Below, piece by piece: positions 31,463 to 45,390 of a stretch of DNA of 64,000 nt. The position numbers and the translations under genes are program-made. Under the pieces are notes generated by a model. It had not been told where the DNA came from. It worked only from the letters and a program-made list of their open reading frames with translations, and did not search any database. This stretch comes from Octopus vulgaris (taxonomy: Eukaryota). Within the stretch, counting starts at the first letter, position 1; each line of letters starts with the position of its first letter. The DNA lies in contig OX597831.1 in assembly GCA_951406725.2 (NCBI GenBank), forward strand, positions 18,476,001-18,540,000, given 5' to 3'.

Positions 31463-34400
31463 ATATATATATATATATATATGCATATATATGAACCTGT
31501 TTGTATACAAGTACACAAACCTACTCTCAACCGAAATTCCGAAAGGAGTAAGATCCAGATCCCATTCAGGAGGACCATTTTATAACCACCCCTCTCTCTC
31601 TCGCTTACATGATGAGAGGAACAAACACACACCCACACATATATATATGCGTTTGCGTCTATGCAAACATATATGTGTGTATATATACAACCTTCCAAAA
31701 AGTAACAGTCATGTACACAACTTGGACGGACACATACCAGTACGCGGACATACGTTCACATGCACATACACATGTACACACACACACACAGACGCGTCTA
31801 CCCATTCTCCTAGATACTCACATACATACGTAGCACATGAGTAGAAACATACATACATACCTAAGTATGGTCATACACACGTATATACGCACGTACATGT
31901 ACGCACACATGAATATATATTGTATATTATATATTATATGTTATATATATATATATATATATAATTAAATATATTGCAGTTCTAAATATTTCAGTGAGAG
32001 TTTTGCAGTAGGAGAAAGCTGAAGTGTTTGCTTGTTGCCAGCTTAATGTGACAGTTCCAGAGAACGGAAGAATGGTCCTGCTATTTAGGCCCAAGAAACA
32101 CAGTTTGTAGATGTCTGGAAAACTTAAGGACACAGAACGCTTGTGTCCTGTGGCCAACTGGAAACTGTGTATCTTGGGGCTAAATAGCAGTACAATTCTT
32201 CCCTTTTCTGGGACTGTCATATTAAATTGGTAAGAAGCCTTAGAATAAAAGAATCCACTAATCGGAAGGATTAAACAATGCTTTTTGTTGAGAGCATATT
32301 TATTATTATTTTCCAATATTAGTTTTGAAATTCAATTCATAGTTTCTGCCTTACCTGTAATTATGAACTAACTAATTTTTTTAGTTGTAGTTGCAAAGTA
32401 AAAATAGCATAAGGAATTCCAGATAACCAGAGTGGGGGAGGGGGACACTGGTTTTGTAAAAATGTTGAGTATCTTATAAAGACCAATAATATCCCGTTAT
32501 AACAATTAATCCGCCTATTCGATTTAAACGGTTTTTGAATGACTTTTGACGACAGTCCTGAATTGATTTTGCGTGCGTGTTAAAGGAATTGTAATAAGTT
32601 GTAGTAGACGTTCGTTATCCCGAAAGCGAATGACGACTTAACATTGTTATTTGTTTGTTTAACAAATCCATTGCAAAAGTAGAATATGTAAAAGAACTGT
32701 AATGATTATCATATGTCGAGTAGGATTTCTGAAAGGAATGGCACAAATTAATTGTTATTATTTGCAATGGTTATGTAAGTTTCCATATCCAGTTGGTAAT
32801 AAAGAATGAGGATTAATTATAAAAACCGATTAAATCGAATAGACAGATTACTAGTAATAACCGGTTATTATCGGTGTTTGTAAGATGCTCAAAATTATTA
32901 TAGAAATATTTTGTATGACGATTATAATCCTCCTGCTTTTCCAATAGTATGAACGCTCGAATCTTAATCAAGTAATCGTTATATGGTGGTCAGTGAAAAT
33001 GTAAGTGAAAGTATTAATGCCAAATTCGAATTTAAATTATAGGATTAGACATGAACGGCTTCACAGACGATTTTCAGAAGAGTATTCTATGTGGAAAGGT
33101 GACACTTCCATATCTGGCTGCTGTGTGAAAAAAGCAGATAAGCCCCAATTTGCGGCACAACTTCATGCACTATACGCTTTAGAAAATCTACTCTGAAACC
33201 GGTCCCCTATATTGCAATATTTGAATATCTATTTTCAATTCTAATGAATTATATAAAAAAATTCTCTGTGCATTATTCACTTCGTTTCTCCTGTAACACT
33301 TTTTGCCTTTATCCATATATCTATCTGTCTATCGAGACACACACGTACACACATACATACATACATACATACATATTTACATACATACATGCGTTCACTA
33401 AGTTGACATGGTAGCTAATAACCCACAGCTCGAACATTTTTCCTAATCATGTGGACCTCACACTTGCCTCTCAATCTATGCAAGGGAATACATATACTCA
33501 ATAAACTCGACTTACCAATCCACAGATAGTACCAACTATCTAACTGTTGCCATTAGAGATATTCTCTACTAATTAAATTCGATCCTTTCGGAGGAGACAA
33601 GTCAGTTTGACCAAACTGAGTCTAGCTATATCACACAAGATATTTTGGTATTAAATGCTAAAGGGCATATAGGTTACGGGGTTCATAAAACCATGAATGT
33701 AACACGGCAGAACCATATTTGTTACCCCCATATATAAATATTGCTACCAGTAAAATGACCATAATTTGTCAAACGGCGAATAAATATCTGATCGCCTAAT
33801 CGCAGGCGTCATCACATAAGTGTAATTGTGCACGCGAAATTGTGTCTATGTTTATTTGTGCCTAGTAATAAAAACAGCTGTTTTAGAAAATCTCAAATAT
33901 CACGCATTCGAATTATGCAATAATCAAGGAGAAATAAATAGAAAATCAAGACAAAATCCACCAGGACGAAGAAATTAAAATGTAACATCAGAAAACTGTA
34001 ACTACTCATCACCCGAGTCATTGTCAGCTCATAAATATATCTAAGTCTTCCCACTCATAAATATAATTTGAACTTATTTACAAAGACTCAAAGCAATTTC
34101 GTACAAAACCCGTGTCACATGTCACAACCTATAGACCCCAACATTTTTAGCAAGTGTAGCGGAAAAGCTTTTCTGTAGTTGGACACGAACTTGAAAACCA
34201 ATCATGATAACGATTACTTTTTGTAAAATATGATATGAAAAAATATAATTTTTACGTAATTTCATTATTTGTAAAATTTAATCAGTATATTATAATATGA
34301 AACAACTTACTCGGCAATTTCCATTCTCTAGATAAATTGATCGCGGCTCAAAAGGGATGCGAGTCTTTGGCACAAAAGCATTGTCTTAATGAATATTTGA

Positions 34401-35868
34401 AACTTACCGAACCAATATTAGAAACATGCGAGTATGTATTTTAGATAAGCTACAGTTGGTATGAACGACATTAAGCAGTATGTGCGTGTATGTGTGTGTG
34501 TATATGTGTTGTGCGTACAAATGAAAATCCTTTTTTGCGAGCTCACTGGCCACAGTGGTTAGATTATCAGGCTGATAATCATGAGGTGGTGAGATCAAAT
34601 CGTGTTCCAGGCTGTGTGTTGTGTTCTTGAGATAGACTCGATATTTCACGTTACTCCAGTTCCCTCAACAGTAGAAGCGAGCTGCGATGTAACTGGTGCC
34701 AAATTGTGTTGGCCTTTGCCTTTCCCTTGAAAAACATCTTTCAGAATGAGAACCCAAGTTCGAAATTTCCTCGAGACTCCTGATGAAGGAAACGTTGTAT
34801 TAACAACAAACAAGATAAGGACAAATATCCGTTGAGTGTAAATAATGTAAATAATGAACATAATTCCTCATCTATTAAACTGTAAAGAAACTGCCATGTA
34901 AAAGTTATTGTCTGTGATCGTGAAACAGATGTATTCCGTTCAATTCATATAACATAATTTTGTGTGTAATATGTTTACAAAATGTTCGCCACTCGAAACT
35001 GCGACCTGGTCACTGACATCTTCAGAGTACAAACATTTTAATGATGCAAATATTTGAATGTTCTCGCATAGTTTTTTTCCGTTAAAATTTTCGGTTTCAA
35101 TTTTATTTTTCAGGCCATACGTAGAGTTTCTTCGTTGCTTTGATTTAGTTGACGCGCCTTGCTTTGACTACTTTAAAAACAAGTTCGATTGTCGGGTAAG
35201 ATATCTGCTACCCTATTTTTGTTGGAAGACAAGGAAGACAAAGAATCAAAATATATAGGATGTACTATATCCCTATCTTTTCTTCATATTTTGTTGAATT
35301 CAGACAGTTATTTGAGCGAATAAAGGCCACTGACTGGCGATGAATCGGTGTGAAAATGAAACAGCAAACGCTGTCACAGTTCAATGTTTTCCCATAATAA
35401 ACGCTTTTATTGTAAACATATTTACGAGAAATTAGGGCGAAAATTCGATAGAAGAATTGACGAAAGGTGCGGATGGTTTTACTTGAACATTCCTGCAAAG
35501 TTACCCTCTCGTTGTAATAGAAGTGAATGAAGGTATTTGCAAAATGTCATCCATTTCCTCTCAGGGACCATACGAGTAATAATACGTATGCACGTTCTAA
35601 AAGCCTACAAGCGTAAATATCGAAAACGCCACTCATTTGCTACGGTGTCAAAATTCAAACAACAATCAGGATGCAAGAATGTATTTAATCCACATTTTTC
35701 AATGAAAATGTGAAATTTTCTTTTGCTCTTTTCGGCCTTGAATTGATATGATTATGCAAAACCATTTTCTTCGTTATTAAGGTTTTTATTACTACTAATG
35801 TGTCAGAAAGTGTCAAATTTATTTTTCATGATCCTAATCAGATTCAGTTAGGGGCGTTTGCCAGAACG

Positions 35869-35926
<58 letters not shown>

Positions 35927-37672
35927 GTTATTATTATTATGGGTTTTTCTTTTTCTTTCAAATTTACTTCCATTTCTTGCCGAGTGTCTTCCCGACTCCT
36001 AGGGCAAAGAAACTCATTGTATTCATTGGGAGGCAATTAAACTAAACTCAGTAGTTCGTTCATTTTTTTTTATAGAAATAAAGTTAGATTAAAATACATG
36101 GGTAGTAATAGTTCTCACATCGACAATGCTCTTCTCAATACGTGTGATGTACCAGTTAAGACAATTTTTGCACTTCTTGCAGGGATGGTAAGCCAGGGAT
36201 CATTCTCATATAATTTTCGGTTCCCTTCTTGATCATTCCTAGTGCTCCTACGATCACTGGTATTGTAACCGCCTTGAGATGCCACATTTTCTCAATTTCA
36301 ATGAGCAAGTCTTTATATTTTCTGAGATCGTCAAATTCTTTCACCGAGATATTATGATCACAGGGGATGCTCATGTCGATCAATAAGCAAACTTTATTGT
36401 TTTGGTCTTTCACAACAATATCTGGTTTATTGGCCTTGATGGTTCGGTCTGTATGTACTGGAAAGTCCCACAGAATCGTTACATTTTCTCCTTCAGTTAC
36501 AGTTTCAAGGTGGTGATTATACCACTTGTTGGTAGTTTTGATATTGTAATGCCGACTTATTAGCCAGTGTAGATATTGGCGAACACTATCATGTCTTAAT
36601 TTATACTCCACTGGTGCTAAGACTTTACATCCAGAGATTAGGTGGTCCACTGTTTCAATCATGTCGTTGCAGAATCTGCATTTTGGGTCTACTCCGTTTT
36701 TCATCACATTGGCCTGGTAGTTCCGGATTAATAGGCTTTGGTCTTGAGCAGCCATGATGAAACTTTCGCTCTCTGCTTTTAGCCCTGAGCTCCGTAGCCA
36801 CTGGTGGGTTTGCTTCTGGTCAACATCAGCTTGTTTGCTACGGGCCACATATTTGCCGTGCTGAGGTTTCTCCTCCCATCTATCAGCCAATTGCTCGTGC
36901 GCTTTTTCGTTGCCATTATTTTCACCCTCTTAATAACAATAGTTGCCGTACTTCCCTCGGGTTGTTCAGTTTGGGTATCCTGCACGAGATTAATAGCAAA
37001 TGTTTTGGTTTCCTTTATGACAGATTGAAGCTCCTTTCGTCTCTCGTGATTTTCCACGAGCTTTAGCATCCAGTCATTCGTTATTTCGAGATATTTGGCC
37101 AATCCAATTGTGGTCGATTTGTAAGCAAGTTCAAACTGGATCAGGCCTCGACCTCCTTGGGCTCTGGGAAGGTAAAGGTGATCTACGTCTGACTTTGAGT
37201 GGTGCATCCTATTACAACTCAGCAGCTTGCGTATTTTCCTATGTATTTTCTTTACTTCACTCATATTCCAGTTCAGCACATTGTAGCTATAAGTAACAAC
37301 TGGAACTGCTAAGGGATTTATAGCTAACACCTTGTTACGGGCATTTAGTTCAGATTTCAGGACTGCCCGAACTCTCCTATAACATTCCTTCGTGATCTTC
37401 TCTTTCATGCTTGCATGCTGAATACCAGAGCCTTCATTTATCCCTAAATATTTGTAGGTTTGTTCTTGCTCAAGCTCTCTTATGACTGTGTCAACATCTA
37501 ATACGACTGAATTTGTGGTCTTCACTTTCCCTTTCTGGAAAGTGGCCTTGTCACACTTCTCAAGCCCAAACTCTATCCCGATGTCATCACTGAATGCTTT
37601 CACAGTGCGCAATAGGCCTTCAGGTTCATTATCGTCTTTACCATAGAGTTTTACGTCATCCATAAAAAATAG

Positions 37673-37740
<68 letters not shown>

Positions 37741-38052
37741 ATTGACGTTTGCTTTACATTTGCACAAGCTGGCTCCAAATCTCACCCAGAAACCTCAAGA
37801 GACAAGTTGGAAGTTCATGTTGGTGTTATGCCTAGGGTGCCATATATTTGGTTTTGTCCATAGTGTTGTACTAGTGAATGCCTGAAAAACCATACGCAAA
37901 TTATGTTTGTTTAAAACTCGAGATTACAAAAAAGGTATTTTGCGTAGGATATGAGCAGTTCCCATGAGCATTATCTTTTTGAAATTTTTTGCCATTTTGG
38001 GGTCTCCTGGTATCTGAGTTAGGTAGCAATCAGCCCCTTTTGCTATCATTCC

Positions 38053-38106
<54 letters not shown>

Positions 38107-38146
38107 GATGATGATTATCATTATTATTATTATTATTATTATTATG

Positions 38147-38191
<45 letters not shown>

Positions 38192-38271
38192 TTGACTTTT
38201 GCTTTATATTTCTACAAGTTGGCTCCAAGTCTCCCCCAGAGACCTCAAGAGACAACAGGTTGGAAGTTCAC

Positions 38272-38319
<48 letters not shown>

Positions 38320-38859
38320 TTACTTCTCAGAGTCTATTATCAGAGGTCTCACGAGGTCACTTTCCGCACATTATAATCTTTGATAATTGGTTGTTAATTA
38401 CCGTGGAAATCATTTAACACCCAAGTAGCAATCTGAAAATCCTAGCTGTCCCCAGCAGAGCAGCTTCTTGGGCTTGTTCAGCTATCATGTCAATTATGAT
38501 TTCTCTGATATGTTTCTCGAACTTGGATGCTGATTCCCCGAGTTCTCTACAACTACTGGGATGACAGACTCTCTCCTCATTTAGTCATTTAGTAATCTTT
38601 TGCTACTCATATCCAAAATGTGACATCAAAGTCGTGTATAAAATGTCCTTTTCTATAATTGACCATAAAAAGATTGCTTTAGATAAAATGATATGGTGTT
38701 TAAATCGAAATGAAAATAGAAATTACATGTTGATACTCGCGGAGTCTAATAGTATTACCTTGTTAAATTAGACTTGTTTTGATGGAGCCATTTGAGAATG
38801 GGAACAGACAGACACACAAAGAATATTTATATAGAGATTATTATTATTATTATTGTTAC

Positions 38860-38899
<40 letters not shown>

Positions 38900-39454
38900 G
38901 AGTGAGAGAGCAGTTCATGCCATCAAAGTGACACTGCGGTAAAATATACGAAGCCCAATATACCCATCATGACTACCCGTCTGATAAAGGTACACCAGGC
39001 ACATGAATCACAACCATATGTGCGTGACATGGTGATCTCATATCAAGATAAACAGCACATGACCTTGCAGTTGGGGCCCAGTTAGAATTTTCTTCAGGTT
39101 GAGTAGCCCATCCCGCTAAAACGGTCCCTGAATAAGGGTTGTTTAAGGATGTTGAAAGAACCACCCATGTTTCCAGAGGTGAACTATTCAAACCCCAAAG
39201 AATCCCTCTCAACACATGGCTATGATGCTCCCCCACTACTTCTGCTCGTGATCAGAGATGCACATATCGTCAGCCACTAAGGGACATGCTCAACAGGTTA
39301 AGGTCAAACGACTGACAAGCAAATCTGTGGTATTGAGCAGAATATTTGCTGTAGCCCATCTTTTATACCAAGACAAAACAATGTACGTGATAACACGTCC
39401 AATCAGTTAAGATCAGAAGCCATGAGAGCCACTGCCTGGTACTGCATCAGGGCA

Positions 39455-39495
<41 letters not shown>

Positions 39496-40267
39496 TTTTT
39501 TTTTTTCTTTCAAATTTTCTTCCATTTCTTGCCGAGTGTCTTCCCGACTCCTAGGGCAAAGAAACTCATAGTGTATTCATTGGTAGGCCATTAAACTAAA
39601 CTCAGTAGTTCGTTCATTTTTTTTTTTTTTTTTAAAGTTAAATTAAAATACATGGGTAGTAACAGTTCTCACATCGACAATGCTCTTCTCAATACGTGTG
39701 ATGTACCAGTTAAGACAATTTTTGCACTTTTTGCAGGGATGGTAAGCCAGGGATCATTCTCATATAATTTTCGGTTCCCTTCTTGATCATTCCTAGTGCT
39801 CCTACGATCACTGGTATTGTAACCGCCTTGAGATGCCACATTTTCTCAATTTCAATGAGTAGTTCTTTATATTTTCTGAGCTTGTCAAACTCTTTCACCG
39901 AGATATTATGATCACAGAGGATGCTCATGTCGATCAATAAGCAAACTTTATTGTTTTGGTCTTTCACAACAATATCTGGTTTATTGGCCTTGATGGTTCG
40001 GTCTCTATGTACTGGAAAGTCCCACAGAATCGTTACATTTTGTCCTTCAGTTACAGCCTCAGGGTGGTGATTATACCACTTGTCGGAAGTTTTGATATTG
40101 TAATGCCGACTTATTAGCCAGTGTAGATATTGGCCAACTCTGTCATGTCTTAATTTATACTCCACTGGTGCTAAGACTTTACATCCAGAGATTAGGTGGT
40201 CCACTGTTTCAATCATGTCGTTGCAGAATCGGCATTTTGGGTATTATTATTATTATTTTTATTATTA

Positions 40268-40339
<72 letters not shown>

Positions 40340-40384
40340 CCATTATCATTATTATTATTATTCTTATTCTTATTCTTATTCTTA

Positions 40385-40419
<35 letters not shown>

Positions 40420-40438
40420 TTTATTAATATTATTATTA

Positions 40439-40469
<31 letters not shown>

Positions 40470-41460
40470 TTTAATATTATTATTAGTATTATCTCTGGAA
40501 GGTGTCTTCTTTTCAATGAGTTCACATTATATCACTTTCCTTACTTAACATATTATATAACACTGTGTTGATCACAGTAATACACGAAGTTGAATGCTTC
40601 AAGATCTTACTCGTTAATCCCAATAATTATTTTAGCAAACATTTTAAGAACTCTTTCAGAAATGTATGTGAAATAGAAAATAAATACTATTACGCTACTT
40701 ATTTATAATTTAACAAAATATTTCCTCTTTTCTTTTAGTCAATAATGAGTAAAATAGATTCCAGTAACCACACAAAGGTACGTGATAGAGTAACTACTTT
40801 ATTAGCATTTTCACCGAGATATCACTGATGCAATTTGTAATTTATCACGAAAGAAATTTCTGATGTAATTTAACTCCTTTCCTACATGTTTACTGTATGA
40901 CAAACAACTGTGGAATACGGATTCATTATATTTCTCAAATACTTCATAAACTACCTAATAACATTCCTTGAGTAATATTAACACGCCCATTATTTTAACA
41001 CATTCATTATTACATGTAGTAAAAGCATTAACCAACTGCAAAAATGGTTACAGTATCAATCTAATGGATAATACGTTATCAATATGGCGCACGTACATTA
41101 ACATCGCTATGTTTGTCGTCAAGATATAAAAATACCCATGTATAATTTTCATAAAATTATTACAGCAAAAAAACACAAACAATTGCCATTCAAATGCGCA
41201 CAAGCCGTGTTAAATCAGTCATTTATTATTCGTGACAAAATTCTGTCGGACTAAATATTACGTGGTTTTGATAATCGGTAAAATTGTTATACGTTCAACA
41301 AACGATTTCAAATCAAATCACTTGCGTGGCAAATACATTTTACAAAACACCTTTTCGTACAAATGTATGATGTTCTACATCTTTTCTGATCTCTTTACAG
41401 ATGTCGTTCCTATCAGCAATCACTACTGTTTTTGTGGGAATATTATTAACGTATAACTAA
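31349..41460 (+). CDS. Gene B: spliced gene for a small signal-peptide, six-cysteine protein with a GPI-signal-like tail (106 aa)
   Basis: join(31349..31388,34332..34431,35114..35195,40739..40777,41401..41460). Donors gtaagt/gtatgt/gtaaga/gtacgt; acceptors ctctag/tttcag/ttttag/ttacag. Translation: MMKLSSFILFLLFDKLIAAQKGCESLAQKHCLNEYLKLTEPILETCEPYVEFLRCFDLVDAPCFDYFKNKFDCR-SIMSKIDSSNHTK-MSFLSAITTVFVGILLTYN*. AATAAA at 41602. Confidence 0.88.
32045..32225. repeat. Imperfect ~180 bp hairpin
   Basis: taatgtgacagttccaga...gctatttaggcccaaga pairs with tcttggggctaaatagc...tctgggactgtcatatta. Confidence 0.7.
32460..32895. mobile_element. MITE-like element with ~75 bp diverged terminal inverted repeats
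   Basis: ttgagtatcttataaa...ctattcgatttaaacggttttt is inverted as aaaaaccgattaaatcgaatag...tttgtaagatgctcaa. Confidence 0.55.
35870..37665 (-). mobile_element. R4/Dong-like LINE, 5'-truncated, in gene B intron 3, embedded in (TAA)n
   Basis: RT 3' part (MDDVKLY, YKYLGI; ORF 36779..37663), then a frameshift to a CCHC zinc knuckle and restriction-like endonuclease (CRFC...HLISGC, RHD, KPDIVV; ORF 36156..36890), 3' UTR and TAA tail. Confidence 0.9.
37740..38585 (-). mobile_element. Additional short 3' ends of R4/Dong-like LINEs separated by (TAA)n
   Basis: GMIAKGADCYLTQIPG...LMGTAHILRK (37924-38055) and VIPVVV...QEAALLGTARIFR (~38430-38570). Confidence 0.65.
39460..40235 (-). mobile_element. 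Second near-identical 3' copy of the R4/Dong-like LINE, flanked by (TAA)n
   Basis: ORF 39710..40216 is nearly identical to the C-terminal part of 36156..36890 and has the same 3' UTR. Confidence 0.9.
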
Positions 41461-41849
41461 GTTGACCCCTACCATAAAAACACACCTGTCTTATTCTGAA
41501 TGTTTTAAGGAGGCACCAGTCATGTTTCTCTGAAACAATTCTTCACCATAGGATGAATTAAACAATTATAAACAATGTTTTTTTATTTCTATTTTACCTC
41601 TAATAAAACTACAAATCTCAATATCTACTTTGTTATTTTGTACTTTTACAGACGTTAAAGCGACGGCAGTGACCATACTGAAGAAAAGTCAAGTTAATTC
41701 TTATAAATGAAGCAACACTAAGCTTGTCCTTAACATGGATTTTCAAGGCCGCTGTACTCCTTCCCAATTCTTGGAGAGAAGTCTGTTCTTCAGGACCCAC
41801 GGATAAGCATGTCTCCACATGATGTCTAAATCTATTTACATTTACTCCA

Positions 41850-42760
41850 TACATATTGCTTAGTTCCTAATGCAATATATTGAAAACGTGCAGGCAATTG
41901 ACACTTACGTATGGAGTTCATTTCTGTAGAGAAATTTATTGAAGTAATCTGCGACAGCGAAGTAGACTTTCGTGCATTTATGACAAGAAGTCTGGACCTC
42001 GTCCTAAGATTAACTTAAGGCAGTCATTACTTGGATACTTATAACTTAAGCATGTTCTGCCCCCACGAGGCACGAACAAGGAGGACGACCCACGATCAGT
42101 TCACCAACACAGAAGAGTCACACGGGTCACTGGAATGACGGGACTGGCTGGATTTTACACGCAAGGAATCCAGTTGATAACAATCCGGTGAAAACAATGA
42201 TTGCACCTGTAGCATGTGCTAGCATAAAATCCTTGTTCAAAATCCATATTTGCAAGTTCAATTAGAAATTTCATGAACAGAACCAAAGGACATATGTGAC
42301 GGTATACTGGGGAACGTGGCAGATCTTTTCATTACCTAATAAGACAAATATCTTAGGCAATCCATAGGTGAATACAATATAGCTGTAATAGTTTTGTATA
42401 GATATATAGATAATATCAGCATTCATATTGGGACAATCTCTGGTGGTGATTCTGTGGAGGCCTAGGGGATTACGATCGAGATTATTGAGCGCACAGCTAA
42501 CTCCCTCCAGTGCAGTATCAAAGGTAATGATTGGCTACCTCCCTAAGCAACACCGCATTAGACTCAATATCCTCTGACACTGACCTTTATTTAGAGACTA
42601 CGAACAACAGGCTCCAAATCCAACACAATTCTTCTCTAAAAACCAAAAACGACACAAAGCTTCCAAATACTTTATTCATAAGAACTGAGATTTATCACTC
42701 AACGAGTATATTTACATCAGATGCAGTTAGGATAATGAAGAACGTAGCTCTTCGCAATTC
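41850..42760 (+). mobile_element. Fossil Penelope-like reverse transcriptase downstream of gene B (homologous copy at 62680-63420 downstream of gene C)
   Basis: YRYIDNI at 42397 and RYVEDI at 63065 (YxDD-like motif). KNQGAAIFVSVTGGVAYIFI and TMEYIKSIANSIDQSMKV resemble PLE RT motifs. Many stops. Confidence 0.55.
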
Positions 42761-42869
42761 TTTTAAAATAGTGACATGCATATGACACGATGTACTGTAG
42801 GCAGTTTTTTGCCTAAAATAAAACATAGTGGTAACATAAAATATACCATTGTATATCTATTCGTATATG

Positions 42870-42904
<35 letters not shown>

Positions 42905-43430
42905 AACTCTAACACATTTAGCCAAGGGACAATGCGCATGTAAGTTAATGCATGTAATGAAATACACATACATATATATAATCCATAATTTAATCAGGTG
43001 TCTTCTAATTGCTTCGCCACTCCTTGAATTAGAAGATAGACGCTAATGCCTTCCTACTAACCATAAAGTTATCCGAGACAGTAACTAAAGGCGGTGCTCC
43101 AGCATGGCGGCAGTCAAATGACTGAAACAAGTAAAAGAGTAACACACGTTATAAAATAAAAGAATATAATGAATCCACATAACTCAGATTGGCTACATCG
43201 CAGTTACTCTTTTACTCGTTTCAGTCATTTGAATGTGGCCATGCTGGAACACCGCCTTGAGTCAAGCAAATCGACCCCAGGACTTTTACTTTTGTAAGCT
43301 AGTTCTTATTGTATCGGTCTCTTTTGCCGAACCGCTAAGTTACGGTGACGTAAACACACCAGCGTCGGTTGTCAAGTGATGGTAGAGGGACAAACACAAA
43401 CACATAAATACACACACGCATACACACACA

Positions 43431-43514
<84 letters not shown>

Positions 43515-45009
43515 TACGACGGACTTCTTCCAGTTTCCGTCTACAAAATCCACTCACAAAATCCACTTTTGTCGGCCTGAGGCTATAGTAGAAGACACTT
43601 GCCCAAGTTGTAACACAGTGAAAATGAACCCGGAACCATGTGGTTGGTAAGCAAGCTACTTACAACACACCCGCTCCTGCGCCTAGTTATTTTACATATA
43701 GAGTATTATTCATTTCATTTCCTATCATTTATCTATTTATATAAACTCTGAAAATACTAGAGACGTACATAGAGCAGCAGGAACATTTCCAGTGCATGAC
43801 AAAAATAACGATGGTAGTCAATAAATGTGGACTGATTTCTCATAGCATTCTACAATGTTCGTAAGATGGAAGAAATATTCAAAGTAGTTCTCTGTATACA
43901 TTGCATGAATTGTCTATATTTGCTAATTTAAAAGTACATATAAATCTTGAAGCAAATAGTCTGTTGATATATAATGCCAGAGTCGTTCTGGTACGTTCAG
44001 TTGTATAAAATGTCGCGTGCATGACAGTATACAAATACAAATCAATATGTCTCTAAGTGGAAGTCGTCATTCGTAAAGCGAAATGTGAGCTACGAGAAAT
44101 TACATATACCGATTATGTGCTTGTAGATGAATAATGTAGACAAATGCAATTATATTGAACGATAGAATATATCAATCACAGAGTTATTCACATTGCCTTC
44201 GCCACATGAAGGAGCAGATCAATTGCATTGCGGTAGTTGTTACTAAGTCCAAATTTGTAGTAAGTATAAACTCAAAATCAACGATACAGTGAAACGGATA
44301 TTCCGTTACAAAATCGCTGATTACCTTCTCTACCACAATGAAAATGTGTGTGCGCAACGACGGTCGGCAGCAGCAAATCAATTTTTCTAACCTAACATTC
44401 GCGACAGAGTCAAGGAACAAAGAAGAGGTGAAAATATGAATCAATAGCAATATAACCAAACATATATATAAATCTTACATTTTAATAAACATTCAACTAT
44501 AGACCTTCAAAAATATATCACTATAGCAACGGGAAAGATTATAGAAATTAATATTATAATAAGTACAGAAATGCAACAAGTAAAAATATAAAATAAGAAA
44601 GAGAAGAAACTTCTATGATTAAATAAAAATACGTAAATAATAAAACAAATGAATGAAGAAAAGCAAAAATATATAGCAAACGTAATTAATATAATTATAC
44701 ACAGCTCCGGATTCCGAAAGTTTTATCAAGGGTCGCTACTTAACATAGTCACATGGAAACATTTCTCATTCTGCTCCGTATTTTACAATATGAATTACAA
44801 AATGTTAAAATAATTGTATCAAATGTCTGAAAATTTGTATAAAAATCTCATAAGCATGTATAAAATATATTTACACCAACAGGTATCGTATTTCCTCTAG
44901 ATTTGAAATATTATCAACACTCTTCACAAAAAAACCCCCAAAGAAGTGGGAAATTGAATACAACTAAAGTTACCAAATTAAAAATTATTCCAAAGTACAC
45001 TAAATTTAT

Positions 45010-45390
45010 GACGTGGCATTCCGTCGGTTACAGCGCCGTGGGTTCCAGTTGATCCGATGAACGGAACAACCTGCGCGTGAAATTAACGTGTAAGTGGCTG
45101 CGTACTCCAGAGCCACGTGTACCTTTAACGTAGTTCTCGGGGAGATTCAGCGTGACACAAAGTGTGACTAGGTTGACCTTTGAAATAAAGGTACAAGAGA
45201 AGAAAAAAGTGAGAAACAGCTGTGGTGAAAAAGTACAGCAGGATTCGCCAACCATCCCCTGCCGCAGCTACTTGGAACTTCAGGTGTTTTCTCTCAATAA
45301 ACACTTACAACGCCCGGTCTGGGAATCGAAACCGCGATCCGACGACCGTGAGTGCGCTGCCCTAACCACAGGGCCATTGCATCTCCACAC
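45010..45390 (-). mobile_element. tRNA-derived SINE (second copy ~57695-57975; related head at ~34540-34880)
   Basis: The minus-strand head has box A/B-like tggcc..gtggttagggc and ggtttcgattccc, followed by a non-tRNA body. Confidence 0.7.

Noticed and set aside
42531-42785. ORFs 41633, 42531 and 62992 in the region duplicated between genes B and C as a second gene family (for example a receptor)
   Set aside because: Frames are not conserved between the two copies, stops are frequent, and the recognisable motifs are those of a decayed Penelope-like RT.
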